Source: an uncultured Gemmataceae bacterium
Lineage (GTDB): Bacteria; Planctomycetota; Planctomycetia; Gemmatales; Gemmataceae
Assembly: GCA_963750165.1 (NCBI GenBank)
Contig: CAVVPN010000003.1
Span: forward strand, 1,120,001 to 1,184,000
DNA length: 64,000 nucleotides
Reading direction: 5' to 3'
Part shown: in pieces, positions 37,877 through 47,237 of the stretch
Position numbering within the stretch: the stretch's first letter is position 1
Layout of the letters: every line of letters starts with the position of its first letter
Notes under the pieces: model-generated
The model's database searches: none
Seen by the model: only the letters and a program-made list of their open reading frames with translations
Told to the model about the DNA's origin: nothing
Translations under genes and position numbers: made by a program

Positions 37877-39865
37877 TTACTGCAGCGGCAGGTCCTTGAA
37901 GTTGAACGGCACCTGCATGCTAATCATGCGATAGCCGCTGAACACCAGGGCGGCCGCCTCGCCGGCGCCGTTGGGCCGGTACGTCAGCGACACTTCCTGG
38001 GTGATGACACCGTTAATGAACCGCGAAGCGTGGTACGTCTGGCCGACCAGCTGGAAGGCCTTGCCCTTGGCGTCCTGCACGATGGCCACGCCCTGCGTGG
38101 TGTTGAAGCCGGTGCCCGCCGGCGGGTTGATGCGGATGACGTTGTTGACGTTGTTCTGCACGTTCTCGATGCGCACCTGGACACGCACGTCGCCGTTGTT
38201 CAGCTTGTTGACGCCGACGACTTCCACCTTGCCGCCGTTGGGGCCCTTCGCCTCCTTGCCGGCCGCCTTGAGCAGGTTGTCGAATCGAATCAGGGCCTCG
38301 GGAGCGCTCATCATCTGGGCCGTCAGGTTGCCGGTCAATACCTTGAGGGCCTTGGACTGCTTCTCGCCCGCCTTGAGCCGCACCACAACGTAGCGCTGCA
38401 CCAGGTTGGGATTGTAGTAGGTGGAGGGGCCGCCGCGGATGATGATGCGGCCGTTGGGGCCGGCGATCGGGTTGTTGTCGGCCACCGGGTCCATGGTCAC
38501 GAACAGCGACTGACCGTGGTTGTCCATCGCCTTGTCGATCATGGCATTGCCGACCACGCCGAAGTGCTGCATGCGCGGCTCGCCGATCACCTCCAGCAGC
38601 AGCAGCACCTCGCCGTCCTTTTTGGAGCTGGCGACGTTGGGCTGCTGGCTCAGCGGCACCACGCGAACGCGCACCGCGCCGGCGTAGGAGGTCGGGTACG
38701 TCTGCGGAGCGCCGTCGCGCACCGTGATGTTGGTGTTCACGGTCAGCGGGTTGATCGGCCGGATCGTCCGGCCCCCGATGGGCTGAATGGCCGGCCGCAC
38801 CTGCGCCGGCATCACCTGCGCCGCCACGCCCTTCTGGACGCGGACCTGCGCCTTGCCGCCCGCCTGGCCGGCCTGCCCCGCCTGCCCGTTAATCTGCATG
38901 ACCTGGAAGTTGAAGTTGCCGTTCGGCGCGGGCTGAAGCTGCGGGAAGGCCGGCAGCTGCGGCGCTTCCTTCTGCAGCTGCTCGATCATCTTTTCCAGCA
39001 GCTTCTGCATTTCCTTTTCCATGCGGTCGGCCTGACCGTTCCGGGCCGGCTGGAAGTTGGGCAGCTGCAGCGGTGGCAGTTTGAGGCCGCCCTTGCCGTT
39101 GCCGTTGTTCTCCAGCTCCTTCTGCAGCTGGTCCATCAACTTCTGCAACTTCTCCATCATTTCCCGGTCCCGGGCGTTGATGACGCCAAGTTTGAACTTG
39201 ACGGGCGGCAACGGCTTAATCTGAATCGGCGGGTTGATCGGTTGAATCTGAATCGGTTGAAGCTGGATCGGCTGGATCTGGATCGGCTGCCGCCCGATCG
39301 GCTGCCGCCCGATGGGTCGAGGGTAGTAGCCGGAGGGATTGTACGGCGGCGTCACTTCGCTCAGGCCGCCCTTCTGGCACAGCTGATCGAACGCCTGCCA
39401 GAACGTTGTTTCGCCCGTCTCCAGCGTGATCTTGCGCTTGGCGAGCTGGGTGCGGTCGCCGTCCACCTGGATCGGGTAGCCGCTCTGCTTCGACAACTCG
39501 TCAACCGCGGCCATCACCGACACGTCCTTGAGCTTCAGGTTGACCTTCTTCGGCTGAAGCATGCTGTCGAGCGTCATCTTGTCTTCCAGCTTCCGGACGA
39601 GTTCGCCGGCGCGGCGGCTGGTCTCCATGTCCTCGCTCTTGGCGGCCTTGCGCAGCGCCTCGAGCGCCGCGGGCCCCATCGACTCCAGCTCCTTCTTGGC
39701 GCGGTCGCGGACGGCAAACTTCGGACTGCCCAGTTGCTGAATGAGTTGCTGAACGCGGTCAGCCTTATCGCCCTTGTCGCCGACAGCGTGAACGGCCTGG
39801 GGCGGTGAACTCAGAACCAGCGTCAGGCCCAGTGCCAGGGCCGGCAGCAGACAGCGATTCCACAT
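37877..39865 (-). CDS. Hypothetical exported protein: HEAT-like and STN-like N-terminus, long Gln/Pro/Ile-rich linker, C-terminal beta domains
   Basis: LIQQLGSPKFAVRDRA..EL; VNLKLKD.....AVDELSKQSG; PIGRQ/PIQIQ repeats. Confidence 0.75.
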   Translation of the reverse strand: MWNRCLLPALALGLTLVLSSPPQAVHAVGDKGDKADRVQQLIQQLGSPKFAVRDRAKKELESMGPAALEALRKAAKSEDMETSRRAGELVRKLEDKMTLDSMLQPKKVNLKLKDVSVMAAVDELSKQSGYPIQVDGDRTQLAKRKITLETGETTFWQAFDQLCQKGGLSEVTPPYNPSGYYPRPIGRQPIGRQPIQIQPIQLQPIQIQPINPPIQIKPLPPVKFKLGVINARDREMMEKLQKLMDQLQKELENNGNGKGGLKLPPLQLPNFQPARNGQADRMEKEMQKLLEKMIEQLQKEAPQLPAFPQLQPAPNGNFNFQVMQINGQAGQAGQAGGKAQVRVQKGVAAQVMPAQVRPAIQPIGGRTIRPINPLTVNTNITVRDGAPQTYPTSYAGAVRVRVVPLSQQPNVASSKKDGEVLLLLEVIGEPRMQHFGVVGNAMIDKAMDNHGQSLFVTMDPVADNNPIAGPNGRIIIRGGPSTYYNPNLVQRYVVVRLKAGEKQSKALKVLTGNLTAQMMSAPEALIRFDNLLKAAGKEAKGPNGGKVEVVGVNKLNNGDVRVQVRIENVQNNVNNVIRINPPAGTGFNTTQGVAIVQDAKGKAFQLVGQTYHASRFINGVITQEVSLTYRPNGAGEAAALVFSGYRMISMQVPFNFKDLPLQ

Positions 39866-40198
39866 GTTCCAAACTCCTGTTCCCGGGGTGATCCTGTGCG
39901 TTGTTCGCGTGGGGGTCGGAACAAACACCCATCGAGGCAAAATAGTGATTCCTGGAAGTTGTACCTATTGTTTTAGGTGCTGTCAATGCACCTGTTTCAA
40001 TTTTTTTTATAATGTCGGTTTGCGTTCGGAAAGGGCAAGACCATCCCCGTGGTTCGCCCCAGGCGAGTCTACCTGATTGACGAACGACCCGCGCGAACGG
40101 TTTGGGTAATCTGGAAAAAAGAACCGCAAAGCAGCCCTGTCGTTTCCATGAACCCGAGCGAGCCGGGAGCGCGCCCCGGCTCGCCCTCCAGGTTGTTG

Positions 40199-42277
40199 TC
40201 ACTTCTTGCCGAGCACGTAGCGGTCCAGCCACGCCAGGTCCCACTCCATTTTCGCCTGCCGGTTGCGGTACTTCATCAGCCCGTGCGGCTCGCCCGGGTA
40301 GACCAGCAGTTCGGTCGGCACCTTCACATACTCCTTCAGCGCCCGGTACAGCATCCGGCTGTGGCCGGGCGGGCAGCGCTCGTCATTGGCGCCGACGTGG
40401 ATCAGTGTCGGCGTGCGAATCTTGTTGAGTTGATAGGTCGGCGACGCCTTGTGATACTTGTCGGCGCTGGCCCAGGGCAGGCCGCGCTTGAACACCATAC
40501 TGTACGCCGGCTCATCATTGCTGCCCCACTCCATGACCGCATCGACGATGCCCGCGCCGCTGATGGCCGCCTGGAAGCGCGTCGTGTGCGTGATGATGCA
40601 GTTCGTCAAATAGCCGCCGTTGCTCCAGCCCGACACCGCCAACCGCTTCGGGTCCGCGATGCCGCGCGCCACCAGCGCATCGACGCCCGCCAGGATGTCC
40701 TTCACGTCCAGGTCGTTCTCACGGCCGAGCAGGTCTGTTGTGAACTGGTCGCCGTAGCCGGTTGAGCCGCGGTAGTTCGGCGTCAGCAGGGCGTAGCCGC
40801 GCGCCGGTAGCAACGTGCGGCCGTAGATCCAGTATTGCAGCTTGAACGTCGCGGACGTGGTCGGGCCGCCGTGGATCTCGACCACCAGCGGCAGCGGGCC
40901 GTCGCCCTTCTTGTAGCCGGGCGGCAGTTCGAGGATGCCTTCCACCGGCGTGCCGTCCGGGGCCTTCCACGACACCACCGACAGCTGCGGCAGCTTCCAG
41001 GTGGCGGTCTGCGGGTTGACGTTCGTGAGGCGCCTGAGATCCTTATCATCCTCCCAGGTGCCGTCGGCTTTTTTTCGCCTGGCGGCGGTCAGGAAGTACA
41101 GATCCGGGAATGCAGTCGGGGTCGCCATCTGGACAACGATTTTCCCCCCGGCCCAGTTGCCGCTGAAATTCTCCACGACCACATCGCCGGGCGTCTGCGT
41201 GTAAAAAAGCACCTGAGGAGTGTCGTTTATCCAGATCACCAGGTACAGCCGGACCCGCCCCTTTTCCTCGCCAAGGAAGGCCAATCGATCACCGCCCATC
41301 CACTGCAACGGGCTGCCGTAGCCCTTGACTTGAACCCCCGGCGGCCGCGGCATCTTTTGGACGGTCTGCTTGTTCACGTCGGCGACGACGATCTCCGCGG
41401 GGTAGCCGTCGAAGATGACGTTGAAAGCAACGGTTTTGTCGTCCGGCGACCACGCCAGGTGCTCCAGCCAGCCATACGGGGAGGGCATGTCCTTGCGGAA
41501 CACCTTGTCCGCCACCGTGGCGATTTTGCCGGTGCGGGCGTCGTAAATGTCCACCCGCGACTTGCCCTCGAAGCTAACGACCGTGCTGTCCGGCGTCGTG
41601 ATCATGGCGATCCGCTCGCCGTCCGGAGCCAGCGCGAACTCGCGGATGACGCGGCCGGCGTCGATGATTTTCTTCGCACGCCACGATTGCAGGTCGAGCT
41701 TCCAGACCTGCGACACCTTATCGACACCGTGTCCGTAATCGATCTGCTTGAACTTCGCGCGCAGCGCCGCGAAGTCGCCGCCGACCGCCTCGCGCTCGGT
41801 CTGATAGAAGATTGCTTTCCCGTCGCGCGCCACGGCGAAGGCGCTGACGCCGCCCTCGACCTGCGTGACCGGGGTCGGGTCGCCACCATCAAGGGGGACG
41901 CGCCAGACCTGGGTCTTGCCGTCGAACGGCGCCCGGGCGCCGTCGCGCTTGCGGTTGGCCAGGACGTAGAGGTCGCCGCTGTCGGTCCACTGCGGCGAAC
42001 GGTACGAGGCGCGGTCGAAGGTGAGGCGCTTGCTCGGGCCGCCAGCGGTCTTGACCACCCACAGGTCGGTCTTGCGGTCGTCGGTGGACTGCTGCCAGCG
42101 GCCCTCGGTGTAGGCGACGAGCTTGCCGTCGGGCGAAATGGCGACCGCGAACAGGTCGGCCTGCGTGAAGTAGTCGGCGACGGTGATGTCGTGCGTGCGT
42201 TTGGCGTCCTGGGCGGCGGCCGGGCCGGCGAGGCCCAGCAACACCACAACGAGCAAGCGAGGACCGAGGCGCTGCAT
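40199..42277 (-). CDS. S9 family peptidase
   Basis: Beta-propeller N-terminus; IHGGP, NYRGSTGYG, GWSNGG nucleophile, DERC, YPGEPH. Confidence 0.95.
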   Translation of the reverse strand: MQRLGPRLLVVVLLGLAGPAAAQDAKRTHDITVADYFTQADLFAVAISPDGKLVAYTEGRWQQSTDDRKTDLWVVKTAGGPSKRLTFDRASYRSPQWTDSGDLYVLANRKRDGARAPFDGKTQVWRVPLDGGDPTPVTQVEGGVSAFAVARDGKAIFYQTEREAVGGDFAALRAKFKQIDYGHGVDKVSQVWKLDLQSWRAKKIIDAGRVIREFALAPDGERIAMITTPDSTVVSFEGKSRVDIYDARTGKIATVADKVFRKDMPSPYGWLEHLAWSPDDKTVAFNVIFDGYPAEIVVADVNKQTVQKMPRPPGVQVKGYGSPLQWMGGDRLAFLGEEKGRVRLYLVIWINDTPQVLFYTQTPGDVVVENFSGNWAGGKIVVQMATPTAFPDLYFLTAARRKKADGTWEDDKDLRRLTNVNPQTATWKLPQLSVVSWKAPDGTPVEGILELPPGYKKGDGPLPLVVEIHGGPTTSATFKLQYWIYGRTLLPARGYALLTPNYRGSTGYGDQFTTDLLGRENDLDVKDILAGVDALVARGIADPKRLAVSGWSNGGYLTNCIITHTTRFQAAISGAGIVDAVMEWGSNDEPAYSMVFKRGLPWASADKYHKASPTYQLNKIRTPTLIHVGANDERCPPGHSRMLYRALKEYVKVPTELLVYPGEPHGLMKYRNRQAKMEWDLAWLDRYVLGKK

Positions 42278-42357
42278 GGCGGAACCTCCTGGATGATGTG
42301 GGGCACGTCCAGGAGGCTATTGTTGGCGCGGCGCCGTGCGCGGCAATAGGTGCGGCG

Positions 42358-43936
42358 TCAGCGGTTGCCCATGACGAAGCCGCGCAGCTCGACGAACATC
42401 CGCTCGCAGTAGCGGCGCCAGCCGTGGTTCAGCGCCTGGGCGGGGCCGTCCGTCGGCAGGAAGCGCGCTGTCAGCACAAGCAGCTTCTTGAACTCCGTCA
42501 CCTTGAAATCCAGGTGCAGTTCGAGCACCGCCAGCAGGCGCGGTTGCGGCGGCGCTTCCGACACCAGGCCGAGCCACGACAGCACCCCCGGCGCCGTCGG
42601 GCTGACGGGCGTGTGCGGATCGAACAGGTGCATGCGCACCAGTCCCGGCACACTGGTCACGATGTCGCCGTGGTTGGCGTCCACGAACCCCTGCAACTTC
42701 ATGACGGCGATGCGCTCGGGCATCCATGCCTCCAGGCGGTAGACGACCCCATGCTCGTCCTGCGGCAACGGTGGCGGCAGTGGTGGCGGCAGTCGCGGGG
42801 GCAGCGGCGGCGGCTCGGGCACCGGCACCGGTCGCAGCAGGGTTGCCGGCACCGCTGGTGGCGCTGGTGTGGGCGTCGCGGGGCTGGACGCCGACGGCTG
42901 CGGGTCGGGTTCGCTGTCGATCTCCAGGTGGAGCGGGGCGTGGTTGGTCGCGGGTTTCGGGCGGCTGCCGCGCAGCAGCGCTTCCACGCGGCCCTCCTGC
43001 GCCGGGGTCAGAGGCAGCACGCCCGCCTCGCCGCGGACCAGTTCCTCCAGCGGCGGCACCTCGGTGGGTGACCCCACCGTGGCCAGCAGCAGGTGGCCGG
43101 CCAGCGCCCGTGTCGGCGCGTCCGGCGACAACCATAACTCCCGGAACAGCGCGGAGGTGCCGGGCTGGGTGAAGTCCGACGCACGGAACAACAGGTTCGC
43201 GCCGGCGGCGAAACGGGCCCACACGTCAGCGCCGCCAACGGCCAGGGCATGCAGGGCGGTGAAGACCACCAGCAGTGGAAAGCGGTCCACCTCGGCGTCG
43301 TAAGTCTGGTAGCGAAGCCGCTGCGGGTGCTGGAAGTCGGGGTCGCCGAACTCCGGCGGCGTCTGACCGTCCAGTGCGGGGACGTACAGGCCGTCGTAGT
43401 CGATCAGCCGCAGCACGGGACTGTCGTCCACAGGATCGGCCGCCACCAGTACGTGCTCGGCCTGCAATGCCCCGTGAGCGACGCCCAGCTGCCGCAGCGC
43501 GGCCGCCAGCTGTTGCCAGTGGGAAGTCAGTTGGCGCAGCCGCGGCGGCTCGGCCAGGTATTTTCGGACGTAAACGTGCAACGGCACGCCATCTGCCCAG
43601 CGCATCTTCACCACCGGAACTGACCGGCCGCGAACGACCAGACCGTGCAGCAGATACTGCGCCTCCATCAGCCAGGGTGCATCCACGCCAAGAAAATGTC
43701 CCCGGATTGCCTCGTAATGCGCTTTCAGAGTGGGCTGCGGCGCGCGGTAGCACTTGACGGCCCAGTCTGTCGTGGGGTGTGCGCAGCCGAAAAACGTCGG
43801 CGCTGGCGCCCGCGAAGACGCGGGCTTGACCCTGCCCGTCGGTCAGCGGCTGGGCGCGGCGCAAGTCCGCGTCCTGAAAGGCTTTCAAGGGATGTTCGAG
43901 CGCCTGGATGAAGTCAGCGGGTGCCGGCCAGTTCAT
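42358..43936 (-). CDS. Protein kinase-like protein with a degenerate catalytic loop (frameshift near 43775)
   Basis: WP...DF..A...P..AF.D.DL start, WAVKCY, VKMRWADG..L, HGALQAEHV, LIDYDG.YVP, FQHP. Confidence 0.8.
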
Positions 43937-44285
43937 GGGGAGACTCCGCGCCAGGGAATGGGGCCGGCGCCCGTCGTGACGTCGGCGGATGTACAATCCT
44001 AGCACACGGCAAGGGCTGTGCGGTGTGCCGACTGCGCCCGGCACGCCGGGCCGAAAGTCGGCGACGTGGGCGGAAAACCCTGTAACCCCACCGCGCAGTT
44101 TTCGACCTATACTAAGTTGAAAGCGCAACGGAATACGCAAACAGCAGACCAAGGAACACACTCGCACTCCATCGACGACAGCGGCGATGAAAAAAATAAG
44201 GTATAAAACCTTACGGGCAACGTGATGCCCGTAAGTGTGCAGGCTCGTTCCGTTCGATGGGCGGGGCGTTTTACGGGGTCCAACA

Positions 44286-45326
44286 GTGACCAGATACCAG
44301 TGCTCCCTGTTGGTGGTGGATGATGAGCCCTACATCCTCTCCGCCCTGGCGGCGCTCCTCGGTACGGAGTTCGAGGTGTTAACCACGGATTCGGTCGAGC
44401 GAGCCAAGGAACTGTTCAGCCAGCGCGAGATCGATCTGATCCTCTCCGACCAGCGAATGCCCCACGGCAGCGGCGTGCAGTTGCTGGAGTGGGTCCGCCA
44501 ACATTCGCCGCGCACCATCCGCCTGCTCATGACCGGCTTTGCCGAGCTGGAAGAGGCGGTGGACGCCATCAACCGCGGCCGCGTCTTCCGCTACATCTTC
44601 AAGCCCTGGCGGGCCGAAGAGCTGCTCGACGTGCTCCGCTCCGCCGCCCGCACCTTCATGCTGGAGCGCAGCCACGAACAATTGCTTGAGGAACTGCGTC
44701 GGCTCAACCTTGAGCTGGAGCAGCGTGTGCAGCAGCGGACGCGCGAACTGGAGGAGGCCAACAACGAACTCGAGCAGAAGAACAAGATGCTCGAAAAGCT
44801 GGCGCTGACCGACCCGCTGACGGGGCTGCCCAACCGGCGAGCCATGGATCGGCTCACCGAGCGCGAGCTGCGCCGCCGCGACCGCTACCCCGGCCCGCTG
44901 GCGGTCGGGCTGGCCGACGTCGATCATTTCAAGCAGATCAACGGCCAGTACCTGCTGCCTGGCGGCGACAAGGTGCTCATCGACCTGGCCAAGATTCTGC
45001 AAGGGTCGCTGCGCACCGTGGACTTCCTGGGCCGCATCGGTGGCGAGGAATTCCTGCTGATCGCGCCGGAGACGAGCATGGAAGGCGTCCAGGTGCTGGG
45101 CGAGCGCATCCGCTCCACGGTGGAGCGGACGGTGATCCTGTACCGCGAGGACGAGATCCGCATCACCGTGAGCATCGGTTTCGCCGTCGCGGACACGGGC
45201 GTTCAGGCCGACTCCGAGCAGATGAAGCATGTCGCCGCGGAGGCGCTGGCCAAGGCCAAGATGACCGGCCGCAACCGCTGCATCTATCACGCCGTCCAAC
45301 CCCGCCCTTTTGAACAGGCCGGCTGA
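44286..45326 (+). CDS. Response-regulator diguanylate cyclase (REC-coiled coil-GGEEF)
   Basis: VVDDE, SDQRMP, KPW, TDPLTGLPNRR, RTVD I-site, GGEEF. Confidence 0.93.
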   Translation: MTRYQCSLLVVDDEPYILSALAALLGTEFEVLTTDSVERAKELFSQREIDLILSDQRMPHGSGVQLLEWVRQHSPRTIRLLMTGFAELEEAVDAINRGRVFRYIFKPWRAEELLDVLRSAARTFMLERSHEQLLEELRRLNLELEQRVQQRTRELEEANNELEQKNKMLEKLALTDPLTGLPNRRAMDRLTERELRRRDRYPGPLAVGLADVDHFKQINGQYLLPGGDKVLIDLAKILQGSLRTVDFLGRIGGEEFLLIAPETSMEGVQVLGERIRSTVERTVILYREDEIRITVSIGFAVADTGVQADSEQMKHVAAEALAKAKMTGRNRCIYHAVQPRPFEQAG

Positions 45327-45410
45327 CTCCCCAAACGCCGCCTCCGGCGTCCTGTCAAACCGGTATGCTCGACGTGGTCCGACGAACACGAAGCCGACTT
45401 GCGCGTCGGG

Positions 45411-46292
45411 TTAGTGCCCGTGTGGAACCTGCGGCACCCCGACAATGACGTGGCGGACGACCAGGCTTCCCAGCAACAGCGACACCACCGCCGCCAGCAG
45501 GAACGCGCCGCCAATCAGCACCAGGCACAGCGGCAGCACCACCGCCGTGCCGAGGCAAAAAACGCCGAGCCCGCGCAGCCGGCCGGGTGAATGACGCTGT
45601 GCCAGGACGGGGCGGAGTTCCTCGGTCAGCAAGGCCAGCGGCACCGCGTTGAGCACGAGTAGCGCCGCCAATGCGGGGCGCAGCACGGCCGTCGCACCGT
45701 CCTGGCCCATCAAGACACACAGGCCGAGCAACACAGCACTCCCGAGCAGGGACGCCGCACTGGTGAGGTAGCCGCCGAGCCAGCGCGCGTTGCGCCAGCC
45801 AGGTTGGGCGTTGGTGCTCAGCAGGACGCCCTTGTAGGCCGCGGACAGGAAGGCGGGCAGCAGTCCCAGGACGATGGCCGCCTTGCGCACCCAAATCACA
45901 ATGGCCCAGTCTTGCGACAGCAGCTCGGCCGCCACCAGGATTGTCAGCGGTAGCGAAAACGCCGTGAGCGCCCAGGTGCCCAGCGACATCGGCGAGGAGG
46001 GTTTGAACACCCGCAGCATGTGGTGGAAGCGCCACGGGTCGCCGAGGTCCAGCACCAGGCACAGCAGGTCGAGCGCCAGCAGGCCGAGCGCGAGTGGGTA
46101 CGCCAGGCGCGCCGGCGCCGTGAACAGCCGCGGCGCCGCCAGTTCACCGACGGCCGCGACCAGGAACAGCCCGGTCGCCAGGTTGTTCAGCAGCAGGTCC
46201 CAGGCGACCAGCCCGTGCCAGCGCGGCGGCTTGGTCACCGGCCGCGCCGCATAGCCCGTACCGTCTGCGACCACTCGGGATTCGGTAGCCAT
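45411..46292 (-). CDS. nrfD: NrfD/PsrC-type membrane anchor
   Basis: KPP.W, LDLGDPWRF.HMLRVFK.SSPMS.G.W.L, Y.GVLLS.NA.P.W. Confidence 0.88.
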   Translation of the reverse strand: MATESRVVADGTGYAARPVTKPPRWHGLVAWDLLLNNLATGLFLVAAVGELAAPRLFTAPARLAYPLALGLLALDLLCLVLDLGDPWRFHHMLRVFKPSSPMSLGTWALTAFSLPLTILVAAELLSQDWAIVIWVRKAAIVLGLLPAFLSAAYKGVLLSTNAQPGWRNARWLGGYLTSAASLLGSAVLLGLCVLMGQDGATAVLRPALAALLVLNAVPLALLTEELRPVLAQRHSPGRLRGLGVFCLGTAVVLPLCLVLIGGAFLLAAVVSLLLGSLVVRHVIVGVPQVPHGH

Positions 46293-46293
46293 C

Positions 46294-47237
46294 TCACTGC
46301 CCCAGCACGAGGAACAGGACGAGCAGCACGGCGAGCGCGGCCAACCCGGCGGCGCCGGCGCGGGCGTAATCCCCCGCCATGTGCAGCCACGGATTGAACG
46401 GCCGCTCCGGCAGGCCGTACACCGCCGGGCGGTCCACCAGCAGGTAGAACGAATGCAGCGCGGAATACGTCGCGGTGGCGGCGTCGCCATACAGGTACGC
46501 ACCCGGTACGCCACGGCGGTGCAGCTCCTCGACGCGCTTGCGGGCCCGTTCGCGCAGCTCCTCAACGGGGCCGAACTGGATCGACGCGGTGGGACACGCC
46601 TTGGCGCAGGCCGGTTCCAGGCCGTCCTTCTGGCGGTCGTAACAGAGGGTGCATTTGTGGGCGTGGCCGTCGAAGTCGGCGCGGGTGATGACGCCGAACG
46701 GACAGGAGGCGATGCAGTACGAGCAGCCGTTGCAGATGTCGGGCTGGATATAAACGTCTGCGAATTCGTTGTGGAGGAGCGATCCGGTCGGACACGCCTG
46801 CTGACAGGGGGCCGTCTCGCAGTGCTTGCACACGTCGCTCATCATCAGCCAGCGGCCGGCTGGCGGCGCGGCGGTGCCGGCCCGGACACCAGCGGCAACG
46901 ACAGCCGTCCCGCGGCCGGCACCCCGTCCTGTGGGAACTGCTCGACGAACTTCACGTGCCGCCAGGACGTGGCCGAGAGTTCGCCGGTGTTGTCGTAACT
47001 GTGGCCGGACCACTCGAACCCGTCGGCGGGCAGCTGGTTCCACTGCTTGCACGCCACCTCGCACGCCTTGCAGCCGATGCAGACGGTGGTGTCCGTGTAA
47101 AAGCCGGTGGCCGGCTGCGGCGCAGGCGGCGTGCCGCGGCGAAACGGGCCGAGCAGCCACGCCCACAGCGCCGCCAACTGGCCGCGCGGCGGGTCGGCGG
47201 TCTGCGGCAGTTGCGCCAGCTCCAGTTCCCTAACCAT
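46294..47237 (-). CDS. Formate dehydrogenase iron-sulfur (beta) subunit (frameshift near 46865-46890)
   Basis: CIGCKACEVACK, CKHC...CQQACPT, CNGCSYCIASCPF, KCTLC...PACAKACPT; C-terminal TM helix. Confidence 0.9.
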
